Made by a program: the position numbers and the translations under genes
Shown here: in pieces, positions 1 to 8,464 of the stretch
Position numbering within the stretch: the first letter of the stretch is position 1
Layout: every line of letters begins with the position of its first letter
Assembly: GCA_963781225.1 (NCBI GenBank)
Contig: CAWAFD010000004.1
Coordinates: 32,353 to 96,352 of the forward strand
Direction: 5' to 3'
Length of the DNA: 64,000 nt
From: an uncultured Actinomycetota bacterium
GTDB lineage: Bacteria; Actinomycetota; Actinomycetes; Streptosporangiales; Streptosporangiaceae
Notes under the pieces: model-generated
Seen by the model: only the letters and a program-made list of their open reading frames with translations
The model's database searches: none
Told to the model about the DNA's origin: nothing

Positions 1-302
1 TCGCGGACAGCGACCTGTCGAACGGGACCCTCGGCGCCCGTGCAGCGACGATCACGAGCCTGCTGATGCTGGGAGTTCCCGAGACGCGCGCAATCGCTCT
101 CGTGGGCGACCAGCCCTTACCCGCAGCACTCGAGCGGAGCCGGCGGCAACCCCCGCTCCCCGGCCTCGGCGAACTCCAGCTCCGTATACGAGCAGCCCCC
201 AGGCAGGACACGCGATCCCCGCGAGAAAATGGCAGTCCACCCGGAAGAGGGGCCACGCTGTGGCAACCACGCCCCAGTTTCGGGGGCTGCGCGGCTCGTG
301 CG

Positions 303-347
303 GATTCAATGGAGGTCTTCTCAGCGACTTTCAGCTGATCATCTTGT
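303..347. repeat. IS terminal sequence, copy A (45 nt)
   Basis: Sequence is gattcaatggaggtcttctcagcgactttcagctgatcatcttgt. Its reverse complement matches 3491..3533 at about 39 of 45 positions with 2 gaps. It overlaps the last codons (HKMIS-stop) of the transposase remnant. Confidence 0.7.
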
Positions 348-926
348 GCTCGAATTGCGTGAGGACGAGGACTGACGTGGCGATGTCGCCGATCTGTGAT
401 GGGTCGGCGGAGACGTGGCGGATGGCGCGCCATCGCTGGGGCATGAGGGCGAAGGCGCGTTCTCCCTGGTAGCGGGCTCCGCGGAGCAGCATGTTGCGGG
501 TTTTCGTGTTGATGTCCAGTTCGCTGTTGCGGGGTTTCTTCACGGGCACGAGGACTCCGGCGCCAGCGCCTTCGTAGCCGGAGTCGGCGAGGATCGGGAC
601 CTTTTCAGGGTGTCGGGCAGGGTGAGGGCCAGTGCCCTGAGGGCTTCGACGCCCTCGTCCTTGTACCGGTAGGCGGTGGCCAGCGAGATCCCGAAGCCCT
701 GGCCGAGGCGGGAGAGGCCCGGCCAGTCGCGGAACCAGGCGAGGATGAAGACGGCTGCTGGCAGCAGGTAAGAGCGCGGTTCCGTTCCTGTACCGAGTTC
801 CTTCCGGCGTTTCCTCAGGAGGTTCGAAACCTTGATCACGAGTTGGAGCGGGACGTCACGAGTGACACGATAGGTGATCGCGGGGAGCCTTCGCAGGGGC
901 GGGAGCGTTGCCTGCGGCTTATGCAT
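331..926 (-). pseudogene. IS5-superfamily (DDE_Tnp_4 / Harbinger-like) transposase remnant with internal deletion
   Basis: Two ORF fragments lie in different frames. 540..926 has the HTH-type N-terminus (GISLATAYRYKDEGVEAL). 331..549 has the C-terminal ERAFALMPQRWRAIRHV motif typical of this transposase family. The catalytic DDE core between them is absent. Confidence 0.7.
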
Positions 927-1692
927 CTCGCCAGGTGAGGATCAGCGCGCCCAGGACCATGGCGATGGCTGCGTAGATGGCGAGCATTCCGAGTCCGCTC
1001 CAGGCTGACAGCCAGCATGACGCCGCGCCGGGGCGGCATAGCGGCGCCGTAGCGCTGAGCGAGTGGCTGACAATGTAAATCGGCAGGTAGGGCCGGATAG
1101 CGAGGTTCAGCGGCCCGCCTACGCAGACAATTCCGACTACCACGGTGATCGCCGCGGCGGTGTGCCGGATGATCGCTCCGAGGCCGAGCCCGAACAGGCC
1201 GATCAGGCTGAGGCTGGCTCCGGTGAGTACGATCGCCCGCAGGACACCGGGCTGGCTGAGGGCGGGCGCGGTGATGCCGTGGCGCAGGGTCATGCAGCCT
1301 GCGAAGAAGGACAGAAATGCTGCTGCCTCGCCGGTGATCAGCGCCACCGCACCAACGACCGCGGCTTTGGCCGCCAGGACCCTGAGCCGGCGTGGCGCGG
1401 CGGCGAATGTGGCGCGGATGGTCCCGGAGGTGTACTCGCTGGTCATGGCCAGTACACCGACTACCCCGATGAGCAGCACGCCGATGAGCATGCCGACCAG
1501 CGTGTTGCCGACGAACATGCCGCCGCTTGTCGTGCTGCTGCCTGTTGCGAGGGCGATGCCCGCTGACGCCGCGACGGCAATGGCCAGGGTGAGCCAGGTG
1601 GAGCGCAGGCTGCGCAGCTTGATCCATTCCATCCGGGCCAGCTGCCGGAATCGGTATCTGCCGGATGGCTGGTGGCTGGTGCAGGCGGTCAT
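919..1692 (-). CDS. ABC-2 type transporter permease
   Basis: 257 aa multi-TM protein (MEWIKLRSLRSTWLTL..., SEYTSGTIRATF). Its ATG overlaps the stop of the upstream ATPase (ATGA at 1689-1692). Confidence 0.85.
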   Translation of the reverse strand: MTACTSHQPSGRYRFRQLARMEWIKLRSLRSTWLTLAIAVAASAGIALATGSSTTSGGMFVGNTLVGMLIGVLLIGVVGVLAMTSEYTSGTIRATFAAAPRRLRVLAAKAAVVGAVALITGEAAAFLSFFAGCMTLRHGITAPALSQPGVLRAIVLTGASLSLIGLFGLGLGAIIRHTAAAITVVVGIVCVGGPLNLAIRPYLPIYIVSHSLSATAPLCRPGAASCWLSAWSGLGMLAIYAAIAMVLGALILTWRDA

Positions 1693-2414
1693 GACATGTT
1701 CCTTGCCTGGTACTGGGCGCTATTGCCGGTGAGTTGCAGGAAGGCCTCTTCGAGGCTGGGGGCCCGGCTGGACAGCTCGGCCGCCGTGGTGTCGGCCAGG
1801 AGCCGTCCCTGGCCGATCACGACGAGCCGGTCGGCCATCAGGGCCATTTCGCTGATCAGGTGGCTGGAGACCAGGACTGCCCGGCCTTCGGCGGCCAGTG
1901 ACCGGAGCAGGCCGCGTATCCAGCGGATTCCCTCCGGGTCCAGGCCGTTCACCGGCTCGTCGAGCAGCAGCACGGCCGGGTCTCCCAGCAGCGCCGCGGC
2001 GATGCCGAGACGCTGCGCCATGCCGAGCGAGAACTTCCCGGCCCGTTTGCGCGCTGCGGATTCCAGTCCGGCTATGTCCAGGACCTCGGTGACCCTGGAC
2101 TGGCTGATGGAGTTGCTGGCCGCCAGTGCGGCCAGGTGCGCGCGGGCAGACCGGCCCGGGTGGAAGGCCCTGGATTCCAGTAGTGCTCCGGCCTCGCGCA
2201 GCGGCCAGCGAAGCTGGCGGTAGGCCTGGCCGCCGATGCGGGCGTGCCCGGCGTCCGGGGCGTCCAGGCCGAGGATCATGCGCATGGTGGTGGACTTGCC
2301 TGATCCGTTTAGGCCCAGGAAGCCGGTCACGGCACCCGGTGGCACGTCGAAGCTGAGCCGGTCGACAGCCAGCGTTGAGCCGTAGCGCTTGGTCAGCCCG
2401 CGAACCTCGATCAC
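1689..2414 (-). CDS. ABC transporter ATP-binding protein
   Basis: Walker A GLNGSGKST, signature FSLGMAQR, Walker B LLLDEP. The GTG start overlaps the merR stop (GTGA). Confidence 0.9.
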   Translation of the reverse strand: MIEVRGLTKRYGSTLAVDRLSFDVPPGAVTGFLGLNGSGKSTTMRMILGLDAPDAGHARIGGQAYRQLRWPLREAGALLESRAFHPGRSARAHLAALAASNSISQSRVTEVLDIAGLESAARKRAGKFSLGMAQRLGIAAALLGDPAVLLLDEPVNGLDPEGIRWIRGLLRSLAAEGRAVLVSSHLISEMALMADRLVVIGQGRLLADTTAAELSSRAPSLEEAFLQLTGNSAQYQARNMS

Positions 2415-3328
2415 CAGCCTGCCTCCTGTCGGTCCTGGCTGGCGCGCAGCGCGGCGGCCAGCCAGGCAAGGGCCCGCAGCGGCGACGGGAACGGGCCGCG
2501 GCCGCTGATGACGGCCGTCAGCTCCCAGTAACGTTCGAACCGGGGATCAGTGGCGGCCTCCAGCTGAGCCAGCAACTCAGCCCGGCGCTGGCCGCCGGGG
2601 GCGTCCGCCAGGATCCGCGCCACGATCTGGGCCGCTTCGGCGGACTCGGGCGGCACGCCCCGCTGACAGGCCGCTTCGGCCTCGGCCTGCGCCTGCTCGA
2701 CGTCGACCAGCCAGCGGCCGGACTGGATCTGGATGCCAATGCCAGCGACCTGCCGGACCTGCTCGCGAAAACCCCTGTCTGCTACCAGCTCAGCGAGATC
2801 GACCCACGCTTCGACCTGCTCGGTCGAAGGATCGTCGGGCAGATCAGGCGCTGCGGCCCAGCGGGGTGCCCGCGCCGGGCTGGGATCCAGCCCGCGGAAA
2901 ACCTCCACCATGAAGTCATCGATGATCTGGCGCCGCTCGGCCGCGGACAGGCGCGCGAGTTTGTTGATCATGCCCATCTCCTCGCCGTCGGCAGAGCGCT
3001 TCACCACGGCGGCCACCACTGCCCGGCGCAGCCGCAGGGCCCGGATCTCGGTGTCCAGCGCCTCAAGATGGATAGCGGCCAACTCCGCGGCGGTGACCTG
3101 GCCGCCCAGTACGCGCCGGACATCGGCCAAGCTCACGCCCAGCTCCCGCAAGGTCGTCACCAGTTCCAGGCGGGCCACGCACGCTGCGTCGTACAGCCTG
3201 CGATCGCCGTCAGTCCGCGAGGCCGGCGGCACCAGCCCGCTATCCGACCAGAACCGGATAGTGCGTACCGGCACGCCGGTGCGTATGGCCAGCTCGCCGA
3301 TTGTCAGAAGAGGTCTGTCGTTCTCCAT
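2411..3328 (-). CDS. MerR family transcriptional regulator
   Basis: N-terminal HTH LLTIGELAIRTGVPVRTIRFWSDSGLV...RLYD. Start placed at the ATG at 3328 (MENDRPLL), not the longer ORF start at 3439. Confidence 0.85.
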   Translation of the reverse strand: MENDRPLLTIGELAIRTGVPVRTIRFWSDSGLVPPASRTDGDRRLYDAACVARLELVTTLRELGVSLADVRRVLGGQVTAAELAAIHLEALDTEIRALRLRRAVVAAVVKRSADGEEMGMINKLARLSAAERRQIIDDFMVEVFRGLDPSPARAPRWAAAPDLPDDPSTEQVEAWVDLAELVADRGFREQVRQVAGIGIQIQSGRWLVDVEQAQAEAEAACQRGVPPESAEAAQIVARILADAPGGQRRAELLAQLEAATDPRFERYWELTAVISGRGPFPSPLRALAWLAAALRASQDRQEAGW

Positions 3329-3341
3329 GGCGTCAGTCTGG

Positions 3342-3362
3342 CTCCTCCAGTAACTGGAGGAG
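3342..3362. promoter_or_regulatory. Perfect 21-bp palindrome, candidate MerR operator or RBS-sequestering hairpin
   Basis: ctcctccagt-a-actggaggag has 10-bp perfect arms. It lies 14 nt upstream of the merR ATG and contains the only GGAGG near that start. Confidence 0.45.
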
Positions 3363-3490
3363 CAAATTCCCAGCACCCGGTAGCCGCAGTCCAGGGAATC
3401 CAGCAGGCAGCCCCTCCGCGAGGACGTAATCGGCAGCACCCGGACCTGCAGGCCGACGACAGCGCGTCTCCGCCCTAATCCGATACCCCT

Positions 3491-3533
3491 ACAAGATGAT
3501 CACGTAAAGCCGCTGAGAAAACCTCATTGAATC
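3491..3533. repeat. IS terminal sequence, copy B (solo 3-prime end remnant, inverted relative to copy A)
   Basis: Sequence is acaagatgatcacgtaaagccgctgagaaaacctcattgaatc. It reads YKMIT-stop in the frame equivalent to HKMIS-stop of copy A. No transposase body is attached. Confidence 0.65.
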
Positions 3534-3719
3534 GGCCTGAGCCTCCACCTTGAATATGGCCCGGCTTCCACCGTCCGCGCCCCAAGCACCTGCGCCCCAG
3601 CCAGCGCCCCCATAACTCCTAGCCCCACCCGCCCTCAGACGCGACAGCACGCGGAAGGCCACGCGCGGCCCTGGCCGGCCTGACTGGTTGCTCGGGCGAT
3701 CAGCTGCCGGGTGGCTCAG

Positions 3720-4379
3720 CTACCCGGTGCACTGCTGGCTGGCGTGGACCAGGCCGACAGCCAGCGGGCCGGTAATCCCGGCTGGTGCCGTACTACCGGA
3801 ACCTTGCCCGTTCCCGGGTGTGTGCGGGCTCGGCAAGTAGACTCCCGCTCCTGGCTCATCGAAGATGGACACCCCGGTGCCGTTGGGCAGCGCCGACGGT
3901 TTGATCACGAGGTAAGCGCGGCCGTCGCTCACATGAAAATGAGCGACGGTGCTCAGTGTGTCCCGGCTGGCGTCGTAGGACCTGCAGGACGCGCTCAGTG
4001 GGGGGCCGGAGAAGCTGACGGTGACTGGCAGCCCGTCGGCACGCAGCGTGCTTTGCAGGCCTGCCGGGTCCTGCAGCTGGCTGATGGTGACGTCAATGTC
4101 GCCGTTGACCTGTCTGGACACCGTCCAGGCGGCCAGCTGAGCGCTACCGGGATGGCTGCCCGGATGGCCGGAGCCCGGCAGTTCCGGATGGCCCGAAGCC
4201 AGTAGCGTGGTCACGGCCAGTGCGGTCCCGGCTGCCACGGCAAGGGTTCCGGCTACGCGCGGAATCCGCCGCCGCGCCCGCACTGCGCGCCCACGGCTGA
4301 TGACGCGCGCGACCGGGGTGACCGAGTAAACATCGGCGACCGACTCGCGCACCGCGGTGATCAGCTGGTTGTCGTTCAT
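3720..4379 (-). CDS. Membrane-anchored protein, putative anti-sigma partner of the upstream ECF sigma
   Basis: 219 aa with a short cytoplasmic N-terminus, an R-rich stretch, then a TM helix (VAGTLAVAAGTALAVTTLLA). Its ATG overlaps the sigma stop (ATGA at 4376-4379). Confidence 0.55.
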   Translation of the reverse strand: MNDNQLITAVRESVADVYSVTPVARVISRGRAVRARRRIPRVAGTLAVAAGTALAVTTLLASGHPELPGSGHPGSHPGSAQLAAWTVSRQVNGDIDVTISQLQDPAGLQSTLRADGLPVTVSFSGPPLSASCRSYDASRDTLSTVAHFHVSDGRAYLVIKPSALPNGTGVSIFDEPGAGVYLPSPHTPGNGQGSGSTAPAGITGPLAVGLVHASQQCTG

Positions 4380-4943
4380 GATCGGTTCTCCTGCTGTAGT
4401 TCTGGCTCAAGGTCGTGCCGCAGTGTGGCCATCGCGCGGCCCATGTGGGCCATGACCGTCCCGGGCGCGATACCGAGCACTTCGGCGGTGCGGGCGGTGT
4501 CCAGGTCGAGGATCAGCCGCAGTGCGATCACCTGTCGCTGCCGGGTGGGCAGCCGCATGACTGCCGCCATGATCCGCGGATGCCCCACTGACAGCGGGAG
4601 GGTTCGCGACCCTGGCCGGGTCGGGGACAGGTACTTCCCGGCGGTGGCGTCGCCACCGGGAGATACCCGCGTTCAGCGCCGTGCGGACCACCCAGGCTTT
4701 CGGCGCGGGATGCCTGCCTACGGTGCGCCAGGACGCCCAGGCGCGGGCGAATGCCTCGTCCACGAGCTCTCGTGCCGTGTCCTGGTCACCGACGCTGACC
4801 AGGACAGCCCGCAGGCACTCATCGGCGGCGCCGCGGTAGAACTCCGCGAAGTCCAGTTGCTGGTTTCCCACACCCGTCCAACGCACCATCAAGGAATTCC
4901 CATTACCTGCCGCCGTCAGATCGAGTTGGCGGCCCACCCTCAC
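4376..4943 (-). pseudogene. ECF (sigma-70 family) RNA polymerase sigma factor, frame-disrupted
   Basis: Region 2 (ARELVDEAFARAWASWRTV...WVVRTALN) is in the 4407..4943 frame. Region 4 (LPTRQRQVIALRLILDLDTARTAEVLGIAPGTVMAHMGRA) is in the 4376..4588 frame. The frame switch lies around 4590-4640. Confidence 0.75.
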
Positions 4944-4985
4944 GCCCCAGCCAGCTCGCGCCCAGTAGCCTCCCCCAGCCGGTCT

Positions 4986-5801
4986 CTATGGTGTCGCTGG
5001 TGACTGCGGCCGGGCGTGACCGAAGCGCGGCGCGGACATGCTGGCCACGCTGTCCAGCTTGTGGATCCGCTCGTCGTGACCGATCTGCCGGAGCAAGTCG
5101 GCGAGCGAACCGTAGCGGCCGTACTCGGCGGCGTAGGCTCCGGGGTCGGGCTCAGTTTCCAGCTCGGGGTGCCCGGCCACGTAGGCCATGTACTCGTGCT
5201 CGGCGTGATCCTCGAAGTCGGCGTTGAGACGGTAGCTGGACTCGGGCCGGATCAGCAGCAGTAGCCAGGACACGTGGTAATAGAGGAAAGCGATCAGCCA
5301 AGGCGCCAGCCGGTGCCGCACGAACGGCTGCCGGAGGCCGGCGCGCTGCGCGAGGTCCTGCAGGATCAGCAGGTGCCACTGTTCGTTGTCCTGCTCCGCG
5401 CGGGTCGTCACGATGCGCTCGAAGACCCGCCGGGCTAGCGCGGAGCGCCGCCGGTAGCGGGCCAGGGCGAGGTAACCGATCCGCTCCCATGCCTGGTACG
5501 GCACACGCGCGATGAACTCGAGCATGGCGAACTTCACGATGCCCTGTTCGGGGCCGTAAACCAGGTCCGTCGTCTTGAACAGCGCACGGGCCAAGATGCC
5601 GTAACACCGGCGGGGCGCATCCAGGGTCTGCGCCTGTGCGGCGCGCAGCTGGGCCGAGGTGAGCTTGGGCGGCCCGGCCGGTGCCTCCGGGCGGACGGCC
5701 GGCGCGGTGATCATCATGATCATTCCTCTCCTGTTCATGGGTTCTTGTCCGCTTCGATCCTCGTGTTCGCGACTCCCGGTCGTCGTCCCCTGCCGGGACA
5801 C
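4986..5801 (-). CDS. Alternative oxidase (AOX/PTOX)-like di-iron carboxylate protein
   Basis: Four-helix di-iron pattern E...ExxH...E...ExxH, seen as MLEFIARVPYQAW, DNEQWHLL, DFEDHAEHEY and HDERIHKLD. The true start may be the internal M at about 5738. Confidence 0.6.
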   Translation of the reverse strand: MSRQGTTTGSREHEDRSGQEPMNRRGMIMMITAPAVRPEAPAGPPKLTSAQLRAAQAQTLDAPRRCYGILARALFKTTDLVYGPEQGIVKFAMLEFIARVPYQAWERIGYLALARYRRRSALARRVFERIVTTRAEQDNEQWHLLILQDLAQRAGLRQPFVRHRLAPWLIAFLYYHVSWLLLLIRPESSYRLNADFEDHAEHEYMAYVAGHPELETEPDPGAYAAEYGRYGSLADLLRQIGHDERIHKLDSVASMSAPRFGHARPQSPATP

Positions 5802-5855
5802 TGTCAGCTACGCCACCTGGGTCAGCCGGGTACCCCCGCGACTACCACGGCCGTC

Positions 5856-6951
5856 TGAGAGCCTGCTTGAGAACTAGGTGACCTGCGGTCCGGCGGATTG
5901 AGGTGTCCGGGCGAGACGGCGGGTCATGACGATGATCATGGCCCAGTAGATGTAGGTCTCGTGGTGGGCGGCCTGGCGTTCGTAGTCGCGGACGGTGCGG
6001 CGGTGGCGGGTGATCCAGGACAGGGTGCGCTCGACGACCCACCGGCGGGGCAGCACCTGGAAGGTGTGCAGGTTACCGGGGCGCTTGACGATCTGCATCG
6101 TCAGCTTCGGCTTGAGCCTGCTGCTGGCCCAGGTGACCAGTTTGCCGGCGTAGCCGCCGTCGGCCCAGGCCAGCTTGACGGCGGGGAACGCTTTGCGCAG
6201 GTTCCACAGGAGCGGCTTTGCCGCGTCGCGGTCCTGCACTGAGGCGGCGGTGACCAGCACTGTCAGGAGCAGCCCAAGAGTATCCACGGCCAGGTGCCGC
6301 TTGGTCCCGTTGATTTTCTTCCCGGCGTCATAGCCGCGGCGGGTCCGGGCGATCATCTCCGAGCCTTTAACCGACTGGGAATCGATGACCGCCGCGCTGG
6401 GCTCCGGGTTGCGGCCGGCCGCGGCGCGCACACGCTCGCGCAGGTCATCGTGCATGTGTTCAGCCGATCCGTCGGCCTGCCATTTGTCCAGCCACCAGTA
6501 GACGGTGCCCGCGGGCGGGAAGTCCGCGGGCAGCGCCCGCCACACCGGCCCGTTATGGGTGAGGTAGCGGATCGCGTCGACGATGTCGCGCATGCACCAG
6601 CTGGCCGGGCGGCCGCCGCGGCCGGCCAGCCACGCCGGGGCGGGCAGTAACGGCTCGCAGACCGCCCATTCCTTCTCGCTCATGTCCGAGGGGTAGTGGC
6701 GGGCGCGGCGGCTGCGGGAGATCCCGCCCGGGCAGCACCGGCATGCCACCGGGCCGGGCGCCGGGTCTGGGTGGACATCACGATCGGGGGCAGGGTAGAA
6801 CGGCACGCAAGGCTCCTGGCATCGCGCTGGCTTCGACACCCAAGCGATTACCAGGAGCCTCTTACGTCACTTCAACGACACGCCGCACTACGCCCGGAAA
6901 GATCCAGATACGTCCTGACCGACGGCAGGCAGGTTCTCAAGCAGGCTCTGA
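5856..6951 (-). mobile_element. IS5-family insertion sequence (~1.09 kb), apparently intact
   Basis: 16-bp perfect terminal inverted repeats: gagcctgcttgagaac at 5859-5874 and gttctcaagcaggctc at 6933-6948. Each is flanked by TGA (5856-5858 and 6949-6951), consistent with a 3-bp target duplication. Confidence 0.8.
5874..6839 (-). CDS. IS5 family transposase (DUF4096 + DDE_Tnp_1)
   Basis: SEKEWAVCEPLLP..., IDSQSVKG, HLAVDTLGLLLTVLVTAASVQDRD, AWADGGYAG, VLPRRWVVERTLSWITRHRR. The start is uncertain: ATG 6839, GTG 6749 or ATG 6683. Confidence 0.85.
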   Translation of the reverse strand: MSKPARCQEPCVPFYPAPDRDVHPDPAPGPVACRCCPGGISRSRRARHYPSDMSEKEWAVCEPLLPAPAWLAGRGGRPASWCMRDIVDAIRYLTHNGPVWRALPADFPPAGTVYWWLDKWQADGSAEHMHDDLRERVRAAAGRNPEPSAAVIDSQSVKGSEMIARTRRGYDAGKKINGTKRHLAVDTLGLLLTVLVTAASVQDRDAAKPLLWNLRKAFPAVKLAWADGGYAGKLVTWASSRLKPKLTMQIVKRPGNLHTFQVLPRRWVVERTLSWITRHRRTVRDYERQAAHHETYIYWAMIIVMTRRLARTPQSAGPQVT

Positions 6952-7171
6952 GACACGTCGGCCGAGGCCGCTCATCACAACCCCGGCGGACTTCCCGGAG
7001 CTGGTGAGGAGACTGAGGACAACACCGGCGGTATCTGGCACTCCACCGGTCAGGCAGGTCGGGCTTATGCAGGCGTGGTAGACGAGGGGCACCATGCTGC
7101 GCCGGCTGGCGTAGGAGCGAGTGTCCCGGCGGGGGACGACGCGTGGGCACCGTGCAGCCGAGGATCTAGAC

Positions 7172-8305
7172 ATGAAGATTCTTGTCATAGGCGCCGGAGT
7201 GGGCGGCCTGGCTGTCGCACGCGGGCTGCTGGCCGCCGGGCACCGGGTGCGGGTTTACGAACAGGCTCCGGCCCGGCAGACGGGCGGTGCCGCGGTGACC
7301 ATCTTTAGCAACGGCACTGCCGTGCTGGCCGACCTCGGCGTCAGCCTGGACGGCGTCGGTGCCCGCATCGACAGGCTGGACGCGCTGACCGCCGAAGGCC
7401 GGCTGCGCACCAGCATGAACATGGCCCACGCGGCCGACCGTTACGGCTTCGTGACCAAGACGATCTCCCGCCGTCGCCTGCTGGAACGCCTGGCCGGCGG
7501 GCTGCCCGACGACCTCATCCGCTACGGCGCCGGCTGCCAGAGCGTAACTCAGGACAACGGCCAGGTCACGGCGACCTTCAGCGATGGGCCGCCAGCCAGG
7601 GGCGACCTGCTCATCGGAGCTGACGGCCACCACTCGGCTGTACGGCGCTGCCTGTGGGGCGACGGCGCTGTCCAGCCAGCGACCTTTGGCACCTGGCAGG
7701 GCCTCAGCCCCATCGACATCGGCCTCAACCGCTCACATCGCAGTCTCATGATTACCGGCCGAGAGGGAGCGTGCGGGCTCATGCCCGCCGGGGAGGGCCT
7801 GCTGCAGTGGTGGTTCGACGTACCCTGGTCACCCACCGACAGGCTGCCTGCGGCACCACTGGCCGAACTGAGGTGCCGGTTCGGGCGATGGGCGTCGCCC
7901 GTCCCCGAGGTGCTCGCCGCCGCCTCCGGGGACGACCTCGGCTTCTTCGGGCACCACTGGAACAAGGTCCGCCGGGTGTGGGGAGAGGGCCGCATCACCC
8001 TGGTCGGCGACGCCGCCCACATGATGCCACCCACCCTGGGGCAGGGTGCCAACCAGACCCTCGAGGACGCGTGGGTACTCGGCCGTGAGCTCGCCAGCGA
8101 CGGCGGCCATCCGGCCGTACGCTTGCGCGCCTACGAGAAGGCCCGCTACCCGCACATATCTCTGGTTTCCCGGCTGGCCAGGCGCAATCCTGCCAACTGG
8201 CGTATCCCGCCGCTACTTGGCCGGCTGCTCCCCGAAACGTCCCAGACCACCATGCTCGCCCGCTACAGCAATCGCCTTACCGCACAAGCCGCGCGATCCC
8301 TGTGA
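7172..8305 (+). CDS. FAD-dependent monooxygenase
   Basis: Rossmann motif MKILVIGAGVGGLAVA, DLLIGADGHHS, and the GDAAH motif (LVGDAAHMMPPTLGQGANQ). Confidence 0.85.
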   Translation: MKILVIGAGVGGLAVARGLLAAGHRVRVYEQAPARQTGGAAVTIFSNGTAVLADLGVSLDGVGARIDRLDALTAEGRLRTSMNMAHAADRYGFVTKTISRRRLLERLAGGLPDDLIRYGAGCQSVTQDNGQVTATFSDGPPARGDLLIGADGHHSAVRRCLWGDGAVQPATFGTWQGLSPIDIGLNRSHRSLMITGREGACGLMPAGEGLLQWWFDVPWSPTDRLPAAPLAELRCRFGRWASPVPEVLAAASGDDLGFFGHHWNKVRRVWGEGRITLVGDAAHMMPPTLGQGANQTLEDAWVLGRELASDGGHPAVRLRAYEKARYPHISLVSRLARRNPANWRIPPLLGRLLPETSQTTMLARYSNRLTAQAARSL

Positions 8306-8464
8306 CCGCAGTCCTGCGAGACATCTCCTGCCGTTCGCATGAGCCGCCGCCTCCCGGGGCCCGATGACAGCAATCATGAGAGAGGAGACTTCCGGCATGC
8401 CTGAAGTTGAACTGACGGGCGGGATCGTTGAGTACGAAGACACCGGGGGCAGGGGCCTGTTCTG

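Noticed and set aside
3-338. Possible partial CDS entering from the left edge (frame 3: ADSDLSNGTLGARAATITSLLMLGVPETRAIALVGDQ...).
   Set aside because: GC3 bias looks coding-like for only the first ~50 codons and no motif is recognisable. The frame runs on into the IS end. It may be the tail of a gene truncated by the IS, but I cannot support a call.
331-926. Programmed -1 frameshift joining the two transposase ORF fragments.
   Set aside because: Together the two fragments encode only the HTH N-terminus and the extreme C-terminus. The entire DDE catalytic core is missing, so this is a deletion remnant rather than an orfA/orfB arrangement.
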